A stretch of 64,000 nucleotides of DNA from an uncultured Acidobacteriota bacterium (lineage in GTDB: Bacteria > Acidobacteriota > UBA6911). The DNA lies in assembly GCA_963843575.1 (NCBI GenBank), contig CAWJKZ010000012.1, forward strand, positions 160,001-224,000. Direction: 5' to 3'. Of the stretch, positions 42,991-54,290 are shown one piece after another (within the stretch, counting starts at the first letter, position 1; the number at the start of each line of letters is the position of its first letter). Made by a program: the position numbers and the translations under genes. The notes under the pieces are model-generated. The model was not told the origin of the DNA, ran no database searches, and was given only the letters and a program-made list of their open reading frames with translations.

Positions 42991-44055
42991 CTAAAACGCG
43001 GAGAGGACGGTGCGCCAGAGCAGGGCGGTCCCCTTGTCGGTCACGTCCAGCGCGTTCTCGTAGGCCTCGTGATTCTCCTGCGCCTCCGGGGTCACCAGCC
43101 GCACGAAGACGAAGTCCCTCGAGGGGTCGACCAGGCAGAGGTTGTGGAAACTGCCCAGGAAGGCGAAGCCGCGGCGGTCCACCCCCTCCCAGATCCCGTT
43201 GGTGTTGACGAACATCAGCCACCCGTACCCGCGGCGCCGGAAATCCTGCTGCCCGGGGGCGGTCGGGATCCCGGCCAGCGCGGGATCGTTGACTGTGGCC
43301 TGGGCGATGAACCGCTCGCTCAGCAACTGCTTCCCCCGCCAGCGCCCCCGGTTCAGGAACAGCTGCCCGAACAGGGCGAGTTCCCGCGCGTTGGTGAGCA
43401 CGCTGCGCCAGGTCAGGCAGTCGCCTTTGCGCGAGCGCAACCAGTCCGTATCCACCGCCCCGATGGCGTTCAGGATGCGTTCCCGCAGGAACACGATCGG
43501 CTGCTTCCCCGTCAGGCGCTCGACGATGGGGCACACCGCCTGTGCGGTAGCCTGCTCGTAGGACCACGCCGTCCCCGGCTCCCGCTCCAGCGGCCAGCTC
43601 AGGGTGGACGCGACGGGATCGACCACCGTGGTGAACCCCTTGTAGTCGAGCTTCAGCCCCGACGTCATCGTCAGGAGGTGGCGTATCGTGATCTTCCTGC
43701 GGTCGTCCCCCGCCCACTCGGTCAGGATCTTGCAGGCGGGGTCGTCGACCTTCAGCTTCCCGTCGTCGATCAGCAGACCGAGGGCCGCCGCCGCATACGC
43801 CTTCCCGGCCGAGTAGGTGTCGAACCGGGAATTCGGCCCGAAGCCGTCCCAGTAGTGCTCCCATACCAGCTTGCCCTTCACCGCCAGCACGGCCGCCCCG
43901 GTCTTGTTGGCGCCCAGCAGCTCCGTCAGCGCCCCGTCGAGCACTTCGGCCTTCAGCCCGACGTCCGCGGGCCGGGCCCGCGGCCATTCCGCCCCAAGCG
44001 CCGGGGCGACAGCGAAGCAAAGCAACAGGCCGGATAGAAACGCGCGAGAATGCAT
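42991..44055 (-). CDS. Serine hydrolase, beta-lactamase-related family
   Basis: Signal peptide, SxxK (YSAGK), ITIRHLLTMTSG, PGTAWSYEQ. Confidence 0.9.
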   Translation of the reverse strand: MHSRAFLSGLLLCFAVAPALGAEWPRARPADVGLKAEVLDGALTELLGANKTGAAVLAVKGKLVWEHYWDGFGPNSRFDTYSAGKAYAAAALGLLIDDGKLKVDDPACKILTEWAGDDRRKITIRHLLTMTSGLKLDYKGFTTVVDPVASTLSWPLEREPGTAWSYEQATAQAVCPIVERLTGKQPIVFLRERILNAIGAVDTDWLRSRKGDCLTWRSVLTNARELALFGQLFLNRGRWRGKQLLSERFIAQATVNDPALAGIPTAPGQQDFRRRGYGWLMFVNTNGIWEGVDRRGFAFLGSFHNLCLVDPSRDFVFVRLVTPEAQENHEAYENALDVTDKGTALLWRTVLSAF

Positions 44056-44272
44056 CGTAGACTCCTTGTGCCGTCGATGACCGTCAGGCAGAATCCATAC
44101 GGGGGATACTCTGGTCCCGGAGGCTGAAAAAAAACAGAAAAAACTCGCTGCGATCTCCCCCCGGGCGGCACCATTATCAAGCCGGAGGCCCGGAGGGTTG
44201 CAGAGGCTGCAGGGCACTCGTGTAACGCGGGCGACGCCCGTGCTCCAATGGTACCCGCACCGAGGGAGGCCG

Positions 44273-46719
44273 ATGCGCACGCTGCTCCAGGATATCCGCT
44301 ACACCGTCCGCATGCTGTGGCACAGCCCGGGCTTTACCGCCGGCGGCCGTGGCGACGCTTGCCGTCGGCATCGGGGCCAACACCGTCATCTTCTCCGTCA
44401 CCGGGAGCCTCCTGTTCCCACCGATGCCCTATCGCGACGCGGGCGCGATTCTGGCCCTGACGCAGGTGCACCGGCAAACGGGCGGCTTCGCCTCCTCGAT
44501 ACCGGACTTCCTCGACTGGAAGGAGCCAGAACCACGTTTTCTCGCAGCTGGCGGCGGTGAGCTACGGCTGGAGCACGATTGCCGGCGGGGCGGAGCCTGA
44601 AGACGTCGACACCGCTTATGTCTCCGACGGTTTCTTTTCCCTGCTCGGGGTCGCGCCTGCCGCGGGCCGGCTGTTCCTCCCCGAGGAGTACGGCCGCGGG
44701 GCAGAGCGCGTCATGGTCCTCGGCTACGGCTTCTGGCAGCGCCAGTTCGGCGGGGCACCGGACGCGATCGGCCGCCGGCTGACCCTTTCCGGCGACACCT
44801 GCACGGTGGTGGGGATCATGCCTGCGGGCTTCGAGGAGCCGTTTTCCACCAAGGTCTTCCTCCCCCTGGGCGCGCGCCGGGACGCGATCCCGACGGACCG
44901 CCGCAACCGGCGCGCCGGCGTGTTCGCCCGTCTCAAGGAGGGAGTCACCCTCGACCAGGCCCGGCGGGAGATGTCGGTGATCTCGGATCGCCTGGCGCTG
45001 GCCTACCCGGCCACCAACACGGACGTCGAGGTGGTCGTTCAGCCGTGGCGCGAACGGATGACCGGCCGGTTCAGGACCATGATCGGCCTGCTGCTGGGCG
45101 CCGTGGCGTTCGTGCTCCTGATCGGGTGCGTCAATATCGCGAACCTGCTGATGGCGCGCGCCGCCTCGCGCCAGAAGGAAATCGCGATCCGCCTCGCCCT
45201 GGGCGCCCGGAGGTCGCGCCTGATCCGGCAGCTGCTCACCGAGAGCTTCGTGCTGGCCGTGCTCGGCGGCGCGGCCGGCGTCATGCTGGCCTATTGGTCC
45301 GTCCCGGTCCTCAACAACCTGTACGCGTTCGAGGGCCCCTTTTCCCTCGATCCAGGGGTCCTGGCCGCGACGGCCGTCCTGGTGGGGGTCACGGCGCTCC
45401 TGTTCGGCTCGGTCCCGGCGCTGGTGCTGGCGAGGCTCGGGACGAGCCAGGTGCTCAAGGACAGGACGGCGCAGGCGGCCGGGGCGCAGAGCCGCCGTTT
45501 CCGCGCCGCGCTCGTCGTCGCCGAACTGGCGCTTTCGCTCGTGCTCCTGTACGGCGCCGCGCTCCTCATGCGGAGCTTCCACCACTACACCTCGCTGGAC
45601 AAAGGCTTCAATCCCCGCAACGTCCTCAGCATGGCCGTGAACGTCTACAAGGAGCGATACCCTCGCACGGGGACCAGGTGGTCGACTTCGGACGGAAGGT
45701 CCTGGAGCAGCTCGAGCGCGTCCCCGGTCACCAGTCCGCTGCCGTGGCCGCCCCGCTCGGCCTCGGCAGCGGCGAACTCACGACGGCGCCGCCGCGGACC
45801 GGGCCGGCCGCCGCGCTGCCCGCACTCGATCCGCTCGCCGTCAGCGCCGATTACTTCCGGGTCATGCAGATCCGGCTCCTGCGGGGACGGCCCTTCACCA
45901 GGCCGGAGGGGGAACGGGGCGCGGACGTCGTCATCCTCAGCGAAAAACTCGCGGAACATCTCTGGCCGGGAGAGGACCCGCTCGGCAAGACCCTGAGGCT
46001 GGACTCGGCCGGTGCCGACGTGCCCTGGCTTGCGGTGGTCGGTGTCACCCGCGAAGCCCGCGGGCACTCGTTTCCAAGCGTCACCTCGGACACGCTCGGG
46101 CTGTACCTGCCGTTCGGGCTGATGCGCGCGGGGGACGGGGCCCTGGCCAGGACCGGCGGCAATCGCGACGGCCGCTACACCGCCCTGCGCTTTTATCTCC
46201 GCACCGGCGGCGATCCGCAGAGCCTCGCCGCCGCGGCACGGGCCGCCGTGCTGGACACCGACCGGCAACAGCCCGTTTTCGCGGTCAGCACGATGGAGGA
46301 GAAGCTGCGGCGGGAGGGGGCGCCGCGGCGCGCCCTGGCCGTGCTGGCCGGCGTGTTCGCGCTCGTGGCCCTGCTGCTGGCGACGGTGGGAACTTACGGG
46401 GTCATGGCCTACTCCGTCAGCGAGCGCACTCCCGAAATCGGCATCCGGATGGCCCTCGGCGCCCAGGAGAGCGACGCGCTCGGCCTGATCCTGAGACAGG
46501 GCGTCGGCCTGCTCCTGGCCGGTCTCCCGCTCGGGCTCGCCGGCGCCGGCGCGCTGTCGGTCGTTCTGAGAAACCAGCTGTATCGGCGTGCCCGCCACCG
46601 ACCCGGCGACTCTCGCGGGCGTCTCGCTGCTCCTCGCCGCGGTCGCGCTGCTGGCCTGTTATGTTCCGGCCCGCCGCGCCGCCAAGGTCGATCCGGTCAT
46701 CGCCCTGCGCTGCGAGTGA
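44273..46719 (+). CDS. ABC transporter permease, ADOP type (several frameshifts)
   Basis: [50 protein letters not shown]. Confidence 0.9.
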
Positions 46720-46901
46720 ACTCTGGAGCGCGGGCGGAAAGGCCGAAGGACCCGGAGGACTCGTCCATCCCGCCTGCGGTCCTTTGAGTTTCTTCGAGCC
46801 TGGAGCTTCGCGGTGAGCTCTTGAGCCCGACCTCACTCAGGGCCGCACGCCATATTGCCGCATCGAAACACCGGTGCTATCTTTGCGGGCAGGTGACAAC
46901 C

Positions 46902-47460
46902 ATGACCTGGATCCGAACGATTCCCGAATCCGACGCGGACGAACGGCTGCGGCGGGCCCTCGAGGCACAGCGCGCCTCTATCCTCCCGAGTACGCGCCCC
47001 CGCAAGGGAAGGCCAATCCGACAGCATCGTGGCCTCGCACACCCTGATCCCGGGCGCGCTGCACCATGCCTTCGCAACGTTCGGCGCGCTGATGTCACCC
47101 GAACTGCCCCTGACGAGGCGACAGCACGAGATGATCGCCACAATGGTTTCTGTGGCGAACAGGTGCATGTATTGAATCGAAGCCCACGCAGAGTTTCTGC
47201 GTACCGTGACTCTCGATGACAACCTCGTCCGCGCGCTGCGGGAGGACTACACCAATGCGCCCGTCTCCGCGGCGGATCGAGTGATGCTGGATTACGTGGT
47301 GCAGCTGACGAAGGACGCCACCCGCATCAGCAGAATAGATCTTGAATCCTTGCGTGCGGCGGGATTTGACGACAAGGCTATACTCCAGATCACGCTGATC
47401 GCCTCGTGGTTCAATTACATCAACCGCGTCGCCGATGCGCTTGGCGTCGGCCGGGATTGA
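46902..47460 (+). CDS. AhpD/carboxymuconolactone decarboxylase-family peroxidase-related protein, probable selenoprotein (Sec at 47173-47175)
   Basis: [33 protein letters not shown] continues in frame into ORF 47206-47460 (..[28 protein letters not shown]). Two 1-nt frameshifts upstream at about 46977 and 47010. Confidence 0.85.
47186..47202 (+). promoter_or_regulatory. Putative bacterial SECIS hairpin
   Basis: ACGCAGA-GTT-TCTGCGT: perfect 7-bp stem, loop starting with G, stem beginning at +11 after the TGA. Confidence 0.7.
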
Positions 47461-47467
47461 CTGGTGA

Positions 47468-48205
47468 TCAACCGCGAATCCCAGGCCCGGCGGCACCGGC
47501 ATCGAGCACCACGATGTATCGGGGTGCAACTGCAGGATGGACGCCGGCACCTCGGGCGTCACCGGACCGAAGAGCGCCTTCTGCATGACCTCCAGCTTTG
47601 GTGCCCCTTTCGCGACCAGGATGATCTTTCTCGCCTCCATGATGTTCCGGATCCCCAGTGTCACCGCCTGACGCGGAGCTAAGCCGGTTTTCCTGTAAAA
47701 CTCCGACTTATCCGACAGGCTGCGGCCCGAAATCTCGGCGACGTGCGCACGGCTCTCGAACGGCGTACCCGGCTCGTTGAACCCGATGTGCCCGTTCATC
47801 CCGATTCCGAGGATCTGCAGGTCGATGCCGCCGGCCCGCTCTATCCGCAGCTCGTACTGCCGGGCTTCCTCCGCGAAATCCGCAGCTTCGCCGTCCGGCA
47901 GGTGACAGTTCTTGCGCCGTATGTCGATGCAATCCAGGAGCTGCTCGAAGATGCGATACCTGCAGCTTCCCGGATGCGCCGGGAGCTACGCCCGCGTACT
48001 CGTCTACATTGAACGTGAACGACGTCGGCGAAGCGAAATCGCCGCACTCGCGGTGCAGCTTTACGATGGCCCGGTGCAGCCCGATCGTGGTGTTGCCAGT
48101 CGAAAGACCCAGAACGCTACGGGGCCGCACCAGCACCTGCTTCGCGACCTCCTGCGCCGCCACGAGGTCCACCTCTTCTGCCGTCTGTCTCACGACGATT
48201 CTCAT
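47468..48205 (-). CDS. nagB: Glucosamine-6-phosphate deaminase (frameshifted)
   Basis: VLGLSTGNT, FNVDEY, GGIDLQILGIGMNGHIGFNEPG, PASILQLHP. Confidence 0.92.
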
Positions 48206-48485
48206 GTCCCCGCTCCTTGCCCCGGCTTAAACGGCCGGAAGTATCTGCTGCCAGATGCGAACGAAATTCCCGCGGGGCCTCATTATCACACGGACACGGC
48301 CGGGGCCGGAGGCAGTTTCAACGCGGGCACGCTTCCACCGTCGCCCTCATCGGACCGGCCATTTTCTTCGCCGGCGGCCTCTGGTGCGCAGCGGCCGGCG
48401 GCCGCAAGGGAGCGGGGGCAGGCCGCCCCCGCCCCGCTGGGCTGCAAGGGGCAATCGAGAGCTCCGACTCTTGCGCGAAATCAAC

Positions 48486-48513
48486 GGGGCCGCGGCGGGC
48501 CGCCGCGGCCCAC
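48486..48513 (-). repeat. REP-like hairpin, family E
   Basis: Minus strand reads GTGGGCCGCGGCGGCCCGCCGCGGCCCC. Confidence 0.7.
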
Positions 48514-48595
48514 TAGGCGAATCCGCTGTTGATGCGGCGGCGCACGTGGTGCTAGCCTAGAGCCCTCCGCACTACCCGTTCGGCAAGGAGGGCAC

Positions 48596-49300
48596 ATGCA
48601 GAAACCTGAGCGTGCCGGCATCGCGTTGCCGGTCTTGTGCATCGTCGCGGCGGCCTCGGTCCTCGTCGCGTTCGGCAAGGACTTCTGGATCGAAAAACCC
48701 TATTCAGCCTGGAACCAGCAGGAGGCGCTGGCCCTCCTGACCAACTCCCCGTGGTCCTGGCCCACGACCATCCCGGGCAATTACGGCGGCGTTTCCACCC
48801 CCAGCATGATCGGCGGCCGTGCCAGCGCAACCGCGACCAGCGGCGGGCTGGGAGGGTCGAACTCGGTGCCGATGTACGTGAGGTGGCATTCGTCGCTGAA
48901 AGTGCGCCAGGCGCTGGCGCGCTACAGCCAGCTCAACGGCGCCCTGTCGGAGACCGACATCCAGAAGTTCCTGGCCCAGCCGATGCCGGACTACGAGATC
49001 GCGATCAGCTGCCAGGTCATGGAACCGTTTGCGGCGGCGACCTTCGAGTCCGTGTCGCCGAACACGTTTCTGACCTCCAAGAAAAACAAGGAGAAAAAGA
49101 TCGCCTTGAAGGCATACGGCTCGCCGGCAGGCCGGGGGGACAACTTCGCGGTGTTCACGTTCCCGCGCGAGGTCGACGGGAAACCCACGGTCGAGCCCGC
49201 CGACGAGGAGATCGTCTTCTCGACACAGGTCGGCAAGCTGAAGATCCGGGCACCGTTCAAGATCGCCCGCATGACCCTGGACGGCAACCCCGACCTGTAA
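48596..49300 (+). CDS. Secreted hypothetical protein
   Basis: GGAGG RBS, signal peptide, FWIEKPYSAW..LLTNSPW, VRWHSSL.VRQAL. Confidence 0.75.
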   Translation: MQKPERAGIALPVLCIVAAASVLVAFGKDFWIEKPYSAWNQQEALALLTNSPWSWPTTIPGNYGGVSTPSMIGGRASATATSGGLGGSNSVPMYVRWHSSLKVRQALARYSQLNGALSETDIQKFLAQPMPDYEIAISCQVMEPFAAATFESVSPNTFLTSKKNKEKKIALKAYGSPAGRGDNFAVFTFPREVDGKPTVEPADEEIVFSTQVGKLKIRAPFKIARMTLDGNPDL

Positions 49301-49301
49301 C

Positions 49302-49638
49302 ATACCAGGTATTGTTCAAAATACGCTAACGTATTCTGCAGAACGCGGATCTTCGCGGACGGATTCACGCGGATCGGCCGCACCCGGCATTCCTCCCCGA
49401 GGGCTGCCTTTGGCGACGCATCAAAGCCCGGCTCCCGCAGGAAAACGTGGACCTTGAATCGAAGCGGCATCCTTCCAACCGCGCGCTTTCCTGCGGGAGC
49501 CGGGCTTTGATGCATCGGCGCGAAGCGCCGGCCCTCGGGGAGGAATGCCGGGCGCGGCCTGCCACCAGGTAGCAATCCGCGTGCATCCGCGTTGATCCGC
49601 GTCCTGGCAACGTTAGCGTGTTTCTGAACACCAGTACT
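49302..49638. mobile_element. MITE-like element, family D, almost wholly palindromic
   Basis: Ends AAATACGCTAACGT / ACGTTAGCGTGTTT, GCGGAT microrepeats, and an inner inverted repeat of about 60 bp (CCCGGCATTCCTCCCCGAGGGC..GCATCAAAGCCCGGCTCCCGCAGGAAA). Confidence 0.75.
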
Positions 49639-50972
49639 TCAGGACCGGAGCCCGTTCATCTTTGCCGTGAAGGTGACTTCGAAGCGCAGGAAGTAGGCCG
49701 GGGAACGGCCCGCGTAGAAATCGCCGGGCAGGTGGCGTTCGTAGAGGACGTGTCCCTTCCAGTACTTGTTCAGGTTGACGTCCAGACGCGCCTGGTAGTG
49801 GTTGCCCCGATCCGTCCCCGTCCCGAAGATGCGCGGGTCCCCGTGGAACGGCTGGTAGGAATCCATGTGGTAATACGTCAGCCTGCCGCCCAGTGACTTG
49901 CAGGGCGCGAAGAGCAACTCCGCCTGCCACATCCCCTGGTTGGTCCAGTAGCCCACGCCGCGCTCCCGGACCTGGCTGAGGATGTACAGTTCACTCCACT
50001 TCGGCCAGCGGGAGAACAGGGGATCCCACCCTTCGTTCCTGCTCCCGGTGCCGGGGTCGTCACCCGAGAAACCCCAATAGCCCAGCCGAAAGGCTCGGCT
50101 TCCAGGCGCTCTGCTTCCAGGACTTCTTCACATAGCCGTAGCCTGCCCAGCCTGCGAGCCGGGTGGCCGGCCGCTGCGCTCCCCACTGCAGCGCGAACTC
50201 GCCCGTCGCCTCCCAGTCGCTCCTGATTTTCTGCACCGCGCGGGAGCCGGCCGTGTGCACGTGCCGATCCGGCTGAAACTGCGCGCTGGTCGCCGCGCGC
50301 CGGTCGTCCGTTTCCTTTTTGTAGAAGTAGTAGGCTTCGAGGCTGGTGTTTTTGCGGTTGTTGTCCGTGTAGTAGACCCCGAGCGCCTGCTCGTTCCATT
50401 CGAGAAGCTGCCGGGAGCCGACGTGGATGCGCGGCAGGTAGCGGTCCGTGTAAGGGTCGGATATGCCGATGAGCTCGAGCTTGGACTTCTTCCAGGCGTA
50501 GGCCAGGTCGAAGGCGTTGAAGTAGATGGTTCGCGAACCGTCGGAGGGATTCCCCTCGAACAGCGAGGAAGCCTTCCCCCTTGGTCAGGTTCTGCCGTCC
50601 CACCCGCAACGAGAGGCCGCGGACGAACAGCTTTTTGAAGTCGACGTAGGCGTGCTCGAAGGCAACCTCGTCGAAGCGGTACGGCGCGCGTGGGACCACG
50701 ATCTGATTGGTCTCCTGGACCAGCCCGGCGTAGACGTCGACGTTCTCGCCCAGGGGCGCCCTGGCCCAGAGCCGCGTGCGATAGCGGACCTGGTTGCGCT
50801 GGTCCTCGGCCGCGCCGTTGAAGTCGAACACGTTGTCCCAGTTCTCGTTGCGGACACGCTGCTCGAAACCGAGCTCGAAGCTGCCGGCATCCTTGCTCTG
50901 CGGCGCGGGGAAGGCTGCGGCGGCGGTGGCGAGAACGAGCACGAAGGCGGAGAAGAGGTGTCGGGGAGTCAA
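49639..50972 (-). CDS. Alginate-export (AlgE-like) outer-membrane beta-barrel (frameshifted)
   Basis: Signal peptide, EQRVRNENW, RYRTRLW, LSLRVGRQ, SGDDP..GWDPLF; beta-strand C-terminus. Confidence 0.75.
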
Positions 50973-52141
50973 GGGTGGCTTTTCTCCAGCGCCCTGGCGA
51001 ACCCGGGCAGCGAACGCACGACGGTGTCGCGCGAAACCGTGAGGGACAGCCGGATGTACCCGCCGCGCCCGAAACCCGTGCCGGGTACCGCCAGCACGCC
51101 TTCGGACTGCAGCAGCCGCACGAAGGCGATGTCGTCCGGGACCGGGGTCTTCAGGAAAAGATAGAAGGCACCCTGCGGCTTCCGGACCTCGTATCCGGCG
51201 CGTGCCAGGCCGTCACACAGCAGGTCGCGCTTCTCCTGGTAGATGTGGAGCTCGGGGGGCACCTCGGGAGCCTCGGCCACGACCCACTGCCAGATGGCGG
51301 GCGCGTTGATGAAGCCCAGGATGCGGTTGGTGAACGTGCACGCGTTGCGCAGTTCGTCCGCCCCGGGCAGCCGGGGGGAGATCGCGAGGTAGCCGATGCG
51401 TTCGCCGGCGATCGCCCAAGTCTTGGACCACGAACTCGCCACGACGCAGCTTGAGATGATCGACGCCGCCACCGGCACTTTCGCCCCGTCGTATACGAAG
51501 GCCTTGTAAGGTTCGTCGACGATCACGACGACGGTGTGGTTCACGCGCCGCAGCAGAGCCTCGAGCTCCCGCAGGACCGCCTCCGAGTACACCACCCCGG
51601 TCGGGTTGTGCGGGGAGTTGAGGATGAGGGCGCGGGTCCGGTCCGTGATGGCCGCGCCGACGCGCGCGACGTCGAGCGAGAAGTCGTCGCAGGTCTCGAC
51701 CGTCACCAGCGCGCCGCCGTGGTTGGCCACGTAGAAGGGGTACTCCGAAAAACAGGGGAGCGGGACGATGACCTCGTCGCCGGGATCGAGCATCGCCTTG
51801 AGCACCGTGTTGATGGCCCCGGCCGAGCCGACGGTCATCAGAACGTGGTCCGTGGTGAAGTCCAGGCCGGTCTCCCGCCGGAGACGCTCCGAGATGGTCC
51901 GCCGCACCGCGGGGAAGCCGGCATTCGGCATGTAGCCGTGCATCCCGGGCCGGTTCTCGGCCGCGACCCGCCGCAGGGTGGCGAGCACCTCCGGCGGCGG
52001 GTCCTCGTTCGGGTTGCCGAGCGTGAAATCGAAGACGTTCTCCTCGCCCCGCTCAGCCTTGAGCCGCAACCCCACCTCGAACATCCGGCGGATCCACGAC
52101 GCGCGCTCGAGCTGCTGGTTTATGACGTTGGCGACGATCAT
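50969..52141 (-). CDS. PLP-dependent class I/II aminotransferase (aspartate/aromatic type)
   Basis: SWIRRMFE, FDFTLGNP, LNSPHNPTG, DEPY, SWSKTWAIAGERIGY. Confidence 0.93.
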   Translation of the reverse strand: MIVANVINQQLERASWIRRMFEVGLRLKAERGEENVFDFTLGNPNEDPPPEVLATLRRVAAENRPGMHGYMPNAGFPAVRRTISERLRRETGLDFTTDHVLMTVGSAGAINTVLKAMLDPGDEVIVPLPCFSEYPFYVANHGGALVTVETCDDFSLDVARVGAAITDRTRALILNSPHNPTGVVYSEAVLRELEALLRRVNHTVVVIVDEPYKAFVYDGAKVPVAASIISSCVVASSWSKTWAIAGERIGYLAISPRLPGADELRNACTFTNRILGFINAPAIWQWVVAEAPEVPPELHIYQEKRDLLCDGLARAGYEVRKPQGAFYLFLKTPVPDDIAFVRLLQSEGVLAVPGTGFGRGGYIRLSLTVSRDTVVRSLPGFARALEKSHP

Positions 52142-52579
52142 TCCCGGATCCTGTTGTAGACCTCCACGCTCCCCACGACGTTGATGCCGCGCGCCTGGAG
52201 CAGGCCGATCGCGGCGTCGGGCTTGTCGAAGCGGAAAATGAGAACCGCCATTTTGCCGCGTCCGAAGGGAAACGCATACATGTATTCGATGTTGACCTCC
52301 GCCCGCCCCGAAGATCGAGAGGATCTCGGTGAGCCCCCCGGGCCGGTCGGGGACCTCGACCGCCACGACCTCGACGACGTTGACCACGAAGCCGGCCGCC
52401 TGCAGCAGCGCCTTCCCCTTTTCCCAGTCCGACACGATCATGCGCAGGATGCCGAACCGCTCGGTGTCGGCGAGCGTGAGGGTGCGCACGTCGATCCCGG
52501 CCTCGGAAACCAGGCGGCAAGGTTCGACCAGGGCGCCTGGCGTGTTCTCGAGAAACAAAGAGAGCTGGTGAATTTTCAT
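52138..52579 (-). CDS. Tandem ACT-domain protein (frameshift at about 52300)
   Basis: [30 protein letters not shown], then VNIEYMYAF in another frame ending in an ATGA overlap. Confidence 0.88.
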
Positions 52580-52586
52580 GTGCGCC

Positions 52587-53921
52587 TCACTGATCCAGAT
52601 TTCTGCGGTCGATGACCCGCTTCGCCTTGCCTTCGCTGCGCTGGATGGCGCGCGGTTCCACCAGCCGGACGTTGACCCGCAAGCCGAGCATCTGCTCCAG
52701 CGCGTACGCCAGCCTGCGGTTGAGTTCCTCGAGCGCGCCGATCTTGTCGCTGAAGACCTCCGGGGTGACCTCGACCTGGACCTCCATCTCGTCCAGCCCC
52801 TTTTTGCGGGTGAGAATGATCTGGTAATGCGGGAGGGTTCCTTCGACGGCGAGCAGCGCCGTCTCGACCTGCGACGGGTAAACGTTCACGCCCCGGATGA
52901 TGATCATGTCGTCGGCGCGCCGGGCGATCCGGCGCATGCGGCGCAGGGTGCGGCCGCAGGGGCAGGCCCCCGGGACGATCGCGGTGATGTCGCGAGTGCG
53001 GTAGCGGATCATCGGCATGGCCCGCTTCGAAAGCGTGGTGAACAGCAGTTCCCCTTCGACCCCGTCCGGGAGCGGCTCGCCGGTATCCGGGTCGATGATC
53101 TCGGGGAAGAAGTGGTCCTCCAGGATGTGCAGACCGTTCTGGCACTCGCATTCGATCGCGACCCCGGGGCCCACGATTTCCGAAAGGCCGTAGATGTCGA
53201 ACGCACGGATCCCGCCCGCGCGTTCGATGTGCCGCCGCATCGAATCGGTCCAGGGCTCCGCGCCGAACACCCCGACGCGCAGCGGGGTGCTCCGGAGATC
53301 GACGCCCAGCTCCGCCGCCCGCTCGAGCAGGTGGACGAAGTAACTCGGGGTGCTGCAGATGGCCGTCACGCGGAAGTCCCTCATCACCATGATCTGCCGG
53401 TCGGTGTTCCCGCCCGAAATCGGGATGACGGTCGCCCCGAGGCCCTCCGCGCCGTAGTGCGCTCCCAGCCCGCCGGTGAACAGCCCGTAGCCGTATGCGT
53501 TCTGCACCACGTCCCCCTGGTCGATCCCGCACGCCGCGAGGCAGCGCATCATCGCGTTGGTCCAGACGGCCACATCCTCTTTGGTGTAGGCCACTACGAT
53601 CGGCTTCCCGGTGGTGCCGCTCGACGCGTGCAACCGCACGATCTCCGGCATCGGGCTGGCGAAGAGCCCGAACGGATAGGTGTCGCGCAGATCGCTCTTG
53701 GTCATGAACGGCAACAGCCGGACGTCTTCCAGCGCGCGCATGCTCTCGGGCGACACCTCCCGTTCCTCGAGCCGGCTCCGGAACAGGCCCACGTTGTCGT
53801 AAGCCCGGCGCACCACGGCTTTGAGGCGCGCCAGCTGCAGGTCGCGCATCTTGGGCACCGGGAGATAGTCCGGTGTGCTGGCCGGATTGAACCGACAAGC
53901 CGCATCGGCGTCGTCACTCAT
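52587..53921 (-). CDS. paaK: Phenylacetate-CoA ligase
   Basis: [57 protein letters not shown]. Confidence 0.95.
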   Translation of the reverse strand: MSDDADAACRFNPASTPDYLPVPKMRDLQLARLKAVVRRAYDNVGLFRSRLEEREVSPESMRALEDVRLLPFMTKSDLRDTYPFGLFASPMPEIVRLHASSGTTGKPIVVAYTKEDVAVWTNAMMRCLAACGIDQGDVVQNAYGYGLFTGGLGAHYGAEGLGATVIPISGGNTDRQIMVMRDFRVTAICSTPSYFVHLLERAAELGVDLRSTPLRVGVFGAEPWTDSMRRHIERAGGIRAFDIYGLSEIVGPGVAIECECQNGLHILEDHFFPEIIDPDTGEPLPDGVEGELLFTTLSKRAMPMIRYRTRDITAIVPGACPCGRTLRRMRRIARRADDMIIIRGVNVYPSQVETALLAVEGTLPHYQIILTRKKGLDEMEVQVEVTPEVFSDKIGALEELNRRLAYALEQMLGLRVNVRLVEPRAIQRSEGKAKRVIDRRNLDQ

Positions 53922-53992
53922 AGACTCTCCTTGGAATCGCATCAGTCTACTACGGAGTCGCCGCCGGGCAACGCAAGATTGTCGCCGGCCCC

Positions 53993-54101
53993 GGAGTGCG
54001 GCGGCTCGACGGGCTCGACGCCGCTTTGTTGGCGGCGCCTGGGCGCCGGGCATTTCGACTGTAGGACGCACACAAAGCGGGGCCCGAGGCGCCGCACTCC
54101 A
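53993..54101. repeat. Inverted doublet of family C REPs
   Basis: GGAGTGCGGCGG..CGCCGCTTTG ... CAAAGCGGGG..CGCCGCACTCCA. Confidence 0.75.
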
Positions 54102-54290
54102 GGGTCCGGCCAGACAAACTTCGTGCCGACTATGCCCGGCCGCGACTCCGTCCGGAACACCAGGCGTCTTGCATCCCCGGCTTCCGGGGTGTACATTCCA
54201 TCGCATCGGGTGTCGTTTCAGTCAGCAAATACAATCGAGCTGTACGAGTCGCCGGGATGCGGTCTGCGCATCCGGTCCGGGAGGTCTTGT

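Noticed and set aside
42991-44055. Antibiotic-resistance beta-lactamase
   Set aside because: It has SxxK but YEQ in place of YxN and no KTG, so it fits a generic serine hydrolase.
46725-46835. Loose GAAGG/CCTTC microrepeat stretches (also about 25030-25130, 31185-31240, 40140-40185)
   Set aside because: Too degenerate to define boundaries or a family by eye.
50969-52579. 536-aa ACT-aminotransferase fusion in the ORF track
   Set aside because: The ACT C-terminus ([12 protein letters not shown]) lies in another frame and ends in an ATGA overlap at 52138-52141. The fusion results from a frameshift.
52578-54290. N-terminal half of the 1046-aa plus-strand ORF
   Set aside because: It is the antisense shadow of paaK. 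The real gene starts at 54291 with an RBS.
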